Below are positions 8,464 to 15,853 of a stretch of DNA of 47,680 nt, in pieces. The notes beneath the pieces are model-generated. The model saw only the letters and a program-made list of their open reading frames with translations, searched no databases and was not told the origin of the DNA. This DNA is from an uncultured Candidatus Saccharibacteria bacterium. GTDB taxonomy: Bacteria; Patescibacteriota; Minisyncoccia; Phycocordibacterales; UBA9973. The stretch spans positions 69,648 to 117,327 of the forward strand of contig CAYNZJ010000001.1 in the NCBI GenBank assembly GCA_964401705.1, in the 5' to 3' direction. The position numbers were made by a program, and so were the translations under genes. Positions within the stretch are counted from its first letter, which is position 1. Each line of letters begins with the position of its first letter.

Positions 8464-8889
8464 TCAGTCTAAAAATAGTATAAAAAATACTACGTTTATA
8501 AAAATAACTGGAATTATTAGTAATAAATTTTTATAAATATTATTTTTTAATATATATTTTTTAATAAAATATAAATATTTTCTAGTAAATAAAATTTCAA
8601 TAACAAAAATAAGAGTATAAAAAGATAATGGAATAAAATAATCAAAAAAATCAATACATTTACCACAAGAATTTATTATATTACTTAAAACAATTGATAA
8701 ACAAATAACTATAATTAATAAATAAAACCTATAGTTAATCTTTGAATTCTTTTCATTTAAAATTATAATAAAAATGTAAATTAAACTTATAGAAAGTGGA
8801 ATCAAAAAATCAAATAAACTAATACTTGCGAAATACCAAAAAATAAAACCTAATATAAGAACCAAGAACGAATAAATAATATAGTACAT
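8464..8889 (-). CDS. small polytopic membrane protein, candidate cognate immunity protein of the RHS toxin
   Basis: 141 aa with 4-5 predicted TM helices. Its start codon lies 5 nt after the RHS stop codon on the same strand. The immunity role is inferred from position alone. Confidence 0.5.
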   Translation of the reverse strand: MYYIIYSFLVLILGFIFWYFASISLFDFLIPLSISLIYIFIIILNEKNSKINYRFYLLIIVICLSIVLSNIINSCGKCIDFFDYFIPLSFYTLIFVIEILFTRKYLYFIKKYILKNNIYKNLLLIIPVIFINVVFFILFLD

Positions 8890-8893
8890 TCTA

Positions 8894-11800
8894 TTAATTA
8901 TAATTAACTATTAAATTTAGTGTTTTGTTATTAGGAACAAACCATCTATGAAATTCGGCTGAATTACTAATTAAATCGATACAACCCTTCGACCCAGGAC
9001 TTAATCCTCCATGAACATAAAAACCTGTTTCTTTAATATTATTCTCATTTCTAATCTCAGTTCTTACTGACCCCCACGACTTAACAGAGCCTGGCCAAAG
9101 TCCTTTTGCTAATAATGATCCCCCTATCTGTCTTGTTGGTAAATCAAAAAAATATTCTGTATCTTTTGGGTTCAACTTCCAATTACCTTCTGGGATAGGA
9201 TCATAAATCTCTGGTTTCCCTGATGTTGCTTTCCATTTTAATGAGCCTATCTCTGAATCATATATTCTACTATAAACGCTAAGATACTCATTATTAAAAT
9301 GTAACTCAGCATCATTAGTTGGTAATGATATAAACATACCTTCTTTTATTTTATTACTATCTTTTATTCCACTTGCATTTGCTATTTGAGACATATTTAA
9401 ATTCATTTCAAAATGTTTATTGATTCTATTTGTTATCCCACCTAACGTATCCCCTTTTTCAACTTCTCCGGTTTTTATATTAAATTTTCCATCCGGATCA
9501 ATATATTTTAATGGATTATTTGATGCATATGAATAACTATTCCATCTTTGAGGGTCAAGTATTAGCAATTCAAGCTTGGAATTATCAATCTCACGAACAA
9601 TTGGATCTTGTTGCCAGAAACGACCTTCACCCCCATGTTGATAACGAGCCTGCATAAAATTAAGACCAGTATCAATATCGTATTCATGACCAGTGTATTT
9701 ATGTGATTCATCAAAAGCCCCTGACTTTATATTTGAAAGAATCTGACCAAAAGGATAATATTCAATATCTTGAACTTTTAACGAACCAGCACTATCTGTA
9801 ACGATTTGTGTCCCTCCTAAGTAATCTGGATGAATATAATAAATATTTGAAGTTGCTGGTGTTGAACCTTCAAGAGTTGCAATTAGTTGATTTTCTAAAT
9901 AAATATATCTTTTATTTATTGTAGCATTTTCTTCAAAATATTTGCTAGGGTTATAAATTACCCCTGAAGAATTTGTAGTCTTAATTCTTGCCCCTGAATA
10001 ATCATAAAGATAAGTATTCAATATTGGATTTGGTGGAGTAATTTTTTGGTATTTAATCAATTCGTTTCTATAACTATAAGTTAAAACTGTATTATCTGGT
10101 GGATTTCCAAATTCAATAACATTACCATTTTTATCATAAATATAATCAATCCCGCCAACAGATGTAGCTGCATGTGGGTTAGCATAAACACCTGGTGCAG
10201 TACCATCATATAAATAAGAACCAACCCCGGTTTTGTTTAATATATTACCAACGGCATTATAAGAATAATTTTCAGAATAACCAGACAAAGGTGAACTTAC
10301 TGTTTTCGTTGCACTTGTTAAACGGGATAATCCATCATAATTATAATTAAATATTTGTGGATTAAGTGGGTTAAAATTCTCAATTTTTTGAGTTAGATTT
10401 CCTATTGTATCCCATTGATAATTTGTATCAATTAAATTAGGGTATGCATACGTTACCGGGGCATTTAATAAATTTCTTATTAATTGATATTGTTTGGAAT
10501 CATCATAAAAATAATTTTGAGTTCTACCATTTGCATATTTAATAGATTCTTTTTGTCCTAATACGTTATAGGAGATGTTATCTATAACACTGACCCATGG
10601 GCTAGTTGGAGTATTTTTTCGATCAATGTTAATAATTTGACTCAAATCATTATAGGTATACCTTACTAATAATTGGTCTGGGTATTTTATACTTAAAATA
10701 TTTCCTTGATTATCATATTCATAAAACAAACTCCATTTTTTTGTACCTAAAGATGTTGATTCTTCAGAAATTAACCCTCTGTTTGTATATATAAAATTTT
10801 TAATACTGGATCCAATTCGACTAACACTACACAGTCTTCCTATACCATTAGAACATGCGTCATAACTATAAGTTATTTGAGGCATACCATTATTTATCTC
10901 TCCAGTTACTCTATTAAGAGAATCGTAATTGTATCTTACATTATTACCATTTGGTGTTATTTTTTGGATCAAATTATTATTATCATCATACGAATATGAA
11001 TAAATACCGTAATTAGTGTCTGACACCTCATGTAAATCAGTTAATGTTAAAATATTTCCTAATGGATCATATTTTATTGATCTAACATTCCCCAAAGCAT
11101 CATTTATCTCTACTAAATTACCTAAAGTATCCCAAACATATTTTGTAGTATGGCTATTTAACCCATCATATTCAATAACGCTAGTAATCTTCCCGAAAGC
11201 ATTATAGATAATGTCTTTTTTATTATTCTTAGAATCAACTACAGTTGTTTTATTTAAATTATAGATATTAGTTGTAGTTCCTAAAGTATTAGTGATATAC
11301 AATGGTCGATTTAAATAATCATAACTCATTGTAGTTGTTATATTGTTATTTAAATTCGGACCATTATAACTAGAGAAATTGCTATTTAAAGTATAAGGTA
11401 ATGTTCTTTTATATTCTCTCCCCATATTATCATAAACAATATCACTAGCTATAAAAACAGACCCGTTTTTTTCTATTTTTCTAATCTCTCTACCTAACCC
11501 GTCTAAAATAATATAAGATTCACCTGTAAATATTGAATTATAATAATTGATTTTTTTAATATAAGAAGGAAGACCAGGTGAAAAAGTATCGTTATAATAA
11601 TAAATTGTGCTTATAACAAGAGGTGTATAAGAAAGATCACTAGAATTTTTTTCAATCAAAGGCCTTCCAAAACCATCAAACTCTGTTTCTTTTTCAAAAC
11701 CATTAGGGTCAATAGATTTTAAAACACCTCCATGATTATAATCATAAGTATAACTTGTGGTTTGAGACAAAGCATTAGTTACACTGCTTGGGTATAAATA

Positions 11801-14800
11801 ATAATAATCATAATTTATACTGTTTGTATTATTACGAGCATCTTTGACACTAGTAATCAACCCAAAAATATTATATGTATTTTTTATAGTTTGATAATTA
11901 ACACCCCCAGACCATATAGATTCACTAGTTTTATTACCAACAGAGGCATAACCAAATTGCAAATTATCATAATAAAAGATTTTTTCAGAAATACGATTAC
12001 CATTGTAATCTTTAAGTATAATTTTTGAAGGAAGAATTAATCCACTACAAACTACAAAGTTACAATTTGTGTAACTATATTCTGTTTTACGAATATCATT
12101 ATCAACATCAATAAAACTTTGATAATTATTAACACTAACCAGACCAAATTCTATTTTGTTTAATAAATTACCATTTTGAGTATCGTATAAATATGTTTCT
12201 GCTGTATCATATGAATTTCCTCCGTTAAAAGTGCGTGAGATTAATTGTTCTGTATAAATAAAGTTCGAATTTGTATTTTGAATTTTATTATTAAACCATT
12301 TTATAGTATTTTGTTTTAATAAATTATTATTGGGATCAAGTAAATCTATTCTGTAAACTTTACCAATTTTAGAATAATTATCATTAGTCTCACCATTTGA
12401 TATATCAGTATCATTAGCTTGATGATAATATGTTATTTCTTTTGTGTTATCAGGATTAATTTGTACAACCTTACTAAAGCCTGCAAATTTGCGATCAAAA
12501 GCATTATTGTAATAATATGACCCACCAGAATATTCATAACTGGTTTTTGTTGTGTTACCCAAACCATCATTTGTAATGATACTTTCAACAGTATTTAAAT
12601 TTATTGGTAAATTTGGATTTAATAAATTCCCCGAGGTATCTTTATACTGAGAAGATTTTTTATAAGATATTTCTGATACTGCCCCTGTCCCATATTCAAT
12701 CTTTGAAAGCAAATCAGGTATTTTATTACCTTTGTTTATATAAGCAATTGTTACAGTTGGGGTACTATTTTGTGTTCTTAAAAAATCAACAAAACCATCA
12801 GAATTAATATCTGCGATTACAACAGGATTTGACATTAAAGAATTATTTGGAACTGTTAAATCCCAAATAGGTTTATAAACCCAACCATTACCAGTATTTA
12901 AATATGTACCTCGATTACCTCCTGTTTGATTAACTGGATCAATAACAATATCAATTAAATTATCACTATTTACATCTAAAAATCTAACCCCTTGATCATA
13001 GTAATTATTTGCTAGAATTATTGGTAATAACCAATTTGTATTATTAACCCACCCTGTATCACCCTTGTTTAAATACGCAAATGAAGGTTCTGTAAGATTA
13101 TACCAATGCTTAGATACTGCATCAGCTAAACCATCAGCATTAATATCAACCATTCTATTTGTGGTAAAAGTTAATTCATCAATAGGGGGATTCCAATTTG
13201 TAGTAATATTTGTAAAACCATAACCAGTATTTAATTGTTCACCAGTGATACTACCTTGACTCCTAATAATATCTGGTAAAGTGTCTCCATTTAAATCAAC
13301 TAAATGCGTACCATAATCATGAATATCAAATCTCCCGGTAAAAGGAATTTTAGGCTCCCAATTAAGGTCTTTAACCCAACCATTTATTTTGTCGTAAATA
13401 TATGTATGATAAATATCACCACGAACAAGACTATTATAACTACCACCATTGGCAGACTGAACAATATCTGGTAATTGATCGCCATTTATATCAGCAACAC
13501 GAACACCTTGGTCCCAAACATTACCATAAGCTCCGCCCCTAACCTCAAAATTCAAAAACGTTATTGGAATTTTAAAATCACTATCACCTTTCCAGTCTTT
13601 ATTTGTTGTATGGTTATAAAGTACTTTATCATAGTGAAAAGGTCCGGTACTAAGATTTTGTCCATATCTATCAACAGACTGTATTATATCAACCCAAGAA
13701 TCCCCTTTAATATCTATAGCCATTTCATGATTATCCCCCAAAAGTACTGGTGATGACCAATTTACACTATCTTCATCCCACCCAGGAGTTGTTTTTTGAT
13801 AAGTAAATTTTGAAGGTGGTAGTGTTTTTATAACACCGTTTTTATCTTTAGAAGATAAAGTTATTGAATTAATTAAAGATCTAAAACCATTGTCACCTGT
13901 TGTATATGTTATTACATATTTTTTAACCCAATTACCATTTACTTTTGCCTGTATTTCATTAATCCGGTAACTTGTTGTAACTTTAAAAGCTGTTTTATAT
14001 GATGTATATGAATCGCTTCTTATTTCTCTAAAAAACTCAACCTCAAAAATCCCAGGGGAATTTGAATGCTCTGTGTAATTTATTTTTTGTGGGTAAATTT
14101 CTCCAGCATCTTTATAATATTTATAAGTTATATAGTTCCCATTTAAATCACGTTTTTCATCAAGCATCCATTTATAAACTTGATTTGTATTTGATATATT
14201 ATCTTGTCTTGAATCTGCATTTGTTCCAAATTTATAAGTTACACCAGATTTATCTTTAAAAACCCAAGAATTATTTGTTAAAAAATATTCATGGAAACCT
14301 CCATTATCCACTCTTGGTCTATATACACCTGGACTTATTTCGATTAGTTCTCCATCTATTGAAGATGTAAAATATTTTTCTGAATAAATTTTTTCAGAAC
14401 CATTTTTATTTACTCTTTCAATATAAGGTATATCTAACCCCCAAGAATACCCAAAAACACCGCCATTTTCGTTCTCTTGTGAATTATAATTAATATTAAT
14501 TTCTGGAGTCATACCTAGTCTTCCTTGAGGTATAGTTATAGGATAACTATAATTCATAGCTCCTGTTATTAAATCTGTTTTTGGTTTTGATCCATAAAGA
14601 CCATCAAGTTTACCTGTTGGATATTCCGTTTTACCACCAACACCATTAGAAGATAGAGATTGTTCAGCTTCTGGGGTTATCTCTTTATTTTCATCATTAT
14701 TAAGATTAATATCAGGGTCTTCTTCTAATGGAACAACTTGATCAAGATTTTCTGGAACTACAGGATCTGTGGACAATTTATCTTGAGAGACATCTTTTAC

Positions 14801-14998
14801 TTCTAAAGTAGTTTCATCTATAATATCTGAATTTAAATTATCTAAAACTACATTTTCCTGAATTGTTTGGGAAGTTTGTTCTTCTGCAAAAACTACTGAT
14901 AATGGGCTTATAAAAAAACAAAAAACCACTAAATAAATTAGTGGCTTTTTATATAAAGTTAAATAATTATTAGTTTGCCATAAGAATGGTCTATTCAT
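8894..14998 (-). CDS. secreted SpvB/TcB-like + FG-GAP + RHS/YD-repeat polymorphic toxin (TcB-TcC-like cocoon) with a LysM/Tlde1-like C-terminal tip
   Basis: 2034 aa. Signal peptide (LVVFCFFISPLSVVFA|EE). SpvB-like motif TGAMNYSYPITIPQGRLGMTPEININYNS at about aa 145-175. Five D.N.D...D FG-GAP/VCBS-type repeats at aa 425-745 (DINGDQLPDIV, DLNGDTLPDII, DINADGLADAV, DVNSDNLIDIV, DINSDGFVDFL). TcdB-mid-like YEYSGGSYYYNNAFDRKFAGFSKV. Many YD repeats (Y.YD..GN). RHS end motif NPLKYIDPDGK at about aa 1828-1838, then a 196-aa tip. Confidence 0.9.
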   Translation of the reverse strand: MNRPFLWQTNNYLTLYKKPLIYLVVFCFFISPLSVVFAEEQTSQTIQENVVLDNLNSDIIDETTLEVKDVSQDKLSTDPVVPENLDQVVPLEEDPDINLNNDENKEITPEAEQSLSSNGVGGKTEYPTGKLDGLYGSKPKTDLITGAMNYSYPITIPQGRLGMTPEININYNSQENENGGVFGYSWGLDIPYIERVNKNGSEKIYSEKYFTSSIDGELIEISPGVYRPRVDNGGFHEYFLTNNSWVFKDKSGVTYKFGTNADSRQDNISNTNQVYKWMLDEKRDLNGNYITYKYYKDAGEIYPQKINYTEHSNSPGIFEVEFFREIRSDSYTSYKTAFKVTTSYRINEIQAKVNGNWVKKYVITYTTGDNGFRSLINSITLSSKDKNGVIKTLPPSKFTYQKTTPGWDEDSVNWSSPVLLGDNHEMAIDIKGDSWVDIIQSVDRYGQNLSTGPFHYDKVLYNHTTNKDWKGDSDFKIPITFLNFEVRGGAYGNVWDQGVRVADINGDQLPDIVQSANGGSYNSLVRGDIYHTYIYDKINGWVKDLNWEPKIPFTGRFDIHDYGTHLVDLNGDTLPDIIRSQGSITGEQLNTGYGFTNITTNWNPPIDELTFTTNRMVDINADGLADAVSKHWYNLTEPSFAYLNKGDTGWVNNTNWLLPIILANNYYDQGVRFLDVNSDNLIDIVIDPVNQTGGNRGTYLNTGNGWVYKPIWDLTVPNNSLMSNPVVIADINSDGFVDFLRTQNSTPTVTIAYINKGNKIPDLLSKIEYGTGAVSEISYKKSSQYKDTSGNLLNPNLPINLNTVESIITNDGLGNTTKTSYEYSGGSYYYNNAFDRKFAGFSKVVQINPDNTKEITYYHQANDTDISNGETNDNYSKIGKVYRIDLLDPNNNLLKQNTIKWFNNKIQNTNSNFIYTEQLISRTFNGGNSYDTAETYLYDTQNGNLLNKIEFGLVSVNNYQSFIDVDNDIRKTEYSYTNCNFVVCSGLILPSKIILKDYNGNRISEKIFYYDNLQFGYASVGNKTSESIWSGGVNYQTIKNTYNIFGLITSVKDARNNTNSINYDYYYLYPSSVTNALSQTTSYTYDYNHGGVLKSIDPNGFEKETEFDGFGRPLIEKNSSDLSYTPLVISTIYYYNDTFSPGLPSYIKKINYYNSIFTGESYIILDGLGREIRKIEKNGSVFIASDIVYDNMGREYKRTLPYTLNSNFSSYNGPNLNNNITTTMSYDYLNRPLYITNTLGTTTNIYNLNKTTVVDSKNNKKDIIYNAFGKITSVIEYDGLNSHTTKYVWDTLGNLVEINDALGNVRSIKYDPLGNILTLTDLHEVSDTNYGIYSYSYDDNNNLIQKITPNGNNVRYNYDSLNRVTGEINNGMPQITYSYDACSNGIGRLCSVSRIGSSIKNFIYTNRGLISEESTSLGTKKWSLFYEYDNQGNILSIKYPDQLLVRYTYNDLSQIINIDRKNTPTSPWVSVIDNISYNVLGQKESIKYANGRTQNYFYDDSKQYQLIRNLLNAPVTYAYPNLIDTNYQWDTIGNLTQKIENFNPLNPQIFNYNYDGLSRLTSATKTVSSPLSGYSENYSYNAVGNILNKTGVGSYLYDGTAPGVYANPHAATSVGGIDYIYDKNGNVIEFGNPPDNTVLTYSYRNELIKYQKITPPNPILNTYLYDYSGARIKTTNSSGVIYNPSKYFEENATINKRYIYLENQLIATLEGSTPATSNIYYIHPDYLGGTQIVTDSAGSLKVQDIEYYPFGQILSNIKSGAFDESHKYTGHEYDIDTGLNFMQARYQHGGEGRFWQQDPIVREIDNSKLELLILDPQRWNSYSYASNNPLKYIDPDGKFNIKTGEVEKGDTLGGITNRINKHFEMNLNMSQIANASGIKDSNKIKEGMFISLPTNDAELHFNNEYLSVYSRIYDSEIGSLKWKATSGKPEIYDPIPEGNWKLNPKDTEYFFDLPTRQIGGSLLAKGLWPGSVKSWGSVRTEIRNENNIKETGFYVHGGLSPGSKGCIDLISNSAEFHRWFVPNNKTLNLIVNYN
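8897..9253 (-). other. Tlde1/DUF2778-like (L,D-transpeptidase-fold) module at the extreme C-terminus of the RHS protein
   Basis: WKATSGKPEIYDPIPEGNWKLNP ... GFYVHGGLSPGSKGCIDL. The SG....PIP.G.W and H-x9-C (S.GCI) arrangement resembles DUF2778/Tlde1 and the YkuD catalytic His/Cys. Recalled from memory of the family, not searched. Confidence 0.5.
9323..9469 (-). other. LysM-like peptidoglycan-binding module within the RHS C-terminal tip
   Basis: Tip residues about 6-54: VEKGDTLGGITNRINKHFEMNLNMSQIANASGIKDSNKIKEGMFISLP. This fits the LysM pattern (V..GDTL..IA......... L...N.l....i..Gq.l.iP). Confidence 0.55.
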
Positions 14999-15006
14999 AT
15001 GAGTGG

Positions 15007-15036
15007 ATTATACCTCGACTATATTTAGTTTGGCAA
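15007..15036 (-). promoter_or_regulatory. promoter of the RHS gene (TTGCCA-N18-TATAAT), ATG 8 nt after the -10 box
   Basis: On the minus strand: TTGCCA (15031-15036), 18-nt spacer, TATAAT (15007-15012), CCACTCAT, then the ATG at 14998. No SD sequence, so leaderless or nearly so. Confidence 0.45.
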
Positions 15037-15069
15037 ATTTAATTGTGGAAAACTCCCCTAATTATATCA

Positions 15070-15092
15070 ACTTGGAGGTCCGACCTCCAAGT
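15070..15092. repeat. REP-like 23-bp perfect palindrome, copy 1 (central C)
   Basis: ACTTGGAGGTC-C-GACCTCCAAGT. Lies 4 nt downstream of the RAYT stop codon and directly upstream of a TGATATAAT box facing the RHS gene. Confidence 0.9.
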
Positions 15093-15095
15093 AAG

Positions 15096-15719
15096 TTACT
15101 TTGGATCTAAATCTTCTTTCCTTTTACAAATATCTTTCCAAGTAATGTCAGCATATTTCTTATATTCTCCAACATTCGTATATTGCCCTAAAACTATACT
15201 GGTATCACAAATAGATTCATTGGTTTTGTTTAAATACTCATCAAGACTTGATTTACTCAACTTGGAGGTCGGACCTCCAAGTGAATCTAAGTTATTATAG
15301 TTAACATAAACAGATAAATGTAATAAATATCTATCGTCTGGTATATATTTAGATTTAAATTTACCTTGAAATAAGACACCATTCCTATTATATTTTTCAT
15401 TAAAATACATTGTGTACCCACCAAATCTTTGCATAAATTTTTCAATACCCTTGTCTATTAAGGGAGTTAAGATTAAATGAAAATGATTCGGATTAATACA
15501 ATACGCAACGATATCTACCAACTTGGAGGTCGGACCTCCAAGTGAATCTTTTCTAAAAGAATTTTCATAAATACTACCAATTGGTTTTTCTGTGTTAAAT
15601 TCTATAAGACTTTGCACAAAACGATTTAGATCTTCTTTATCTAAAATTATATCGCGTTTATCTGACCCACGATTATAGATATGATAGTATTGCCCTATTT
15701 CAAAACTATGCTTTCTCAT
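15096..15719 (-). CDS. IS200-like Y1 (HUH) transposase / REP-associated tyrosine transposase (RAYT)-like
   Basis: 207 aa. YHIYNRGSDKRDIILDKEDLNRF, HUH motif NPNHFHLIL, GVLFQGKFKSK, and a Tyr-containing YVNYN motif. Flanked and interrupted by the 23-bp palindrome. Confidence 0.8.
   Translation of the reverse strand: MRKHSFEIGQYYHIYNRGSDKRDIILDKEDLNRFVQSLIEFNTEKPIGSIYENSFRKDSLGGPTSKLVDIVAYCINPNHFHLILTPLIDKGIEKFMQRFGGYTMYFNEKYNRNGVLFQGKFKSKYIPDDRYLLHLSVYVNYNNLDSLGGPTSKLSKSSLDEYLNKTNESICDTSIVLGQYTNVGEYKKYADITWKDICKRKEDLDPK
15260..15282. repeat. REP-like palindrome, copy 2 (central G), inside the RAYT CDS
   Basis: ACTTGGAGGTC-G-GACCTCCAAGT within the shared 31-mer CAACTTGGAGGTCGGACCTCCAAGTGAATCT. 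Encodes DSLGGPTSKL in frame. Confidence 0.9.
15521..15543. repeat. REP-like palindrome, copy 3 (central G), inside the RAYT CDS
   Basis: Same 31-mer as copy 2. It also encodes DSLGGPTSKL in frame, just upstream of the HUH motif. Confidence 0.9.
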
Positions 15720-15733
15720 ATAATTATTATACT

Positions 15734-15756
15734 ACTTGGAGGTCCGACCTCCAAGT
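15734..15756. repeat. REP-like palindrome, copy 4 (central C), overlapping the RAYT promoter
   Basis: On the minus strand: ACTTGGAGGTCGGACCTCCAAGT-AG-TATAAT-AATTAT-ATG. The palindrome supplies a TTGGAG -35-like hexamer (15749-15754) and the 17-nt spacer. Confidence 0.9.
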
Positions 15757-15853
15757 AAAGTACAAGTTGGATTTGTGGTGGGGGGGGTACAGATGGGGGT
15801 CCTTGTTTTATCTGTTTTGGTAGGAATTTTTTTATTATTATTTATTTTTATTT

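Noticed and set aside
15070-15756. Possibility that the four identical 23-bp repeats are a small CRISPR array.
   Set aside because: Spacings are 167, 238 and 190 bp, far too long and irregular. The repeats are perfect palindromes in mixed orientation. Two lie within a transposase CDS, and no cas genes are present.
15776-15799. G-run GTGGTGGGGGGGGTACAGATGGGGG (possible G-quadruplex or island boundary) between the FAD-oxidoreductase stop and REP copy 4.
   Set aside because: There are only about three usable G-tracts, with no repeat partner at the other side of the RHS/RAYT region and no direct repeats marking an island. It is compositionally odd, but I cannot attach a function to it.
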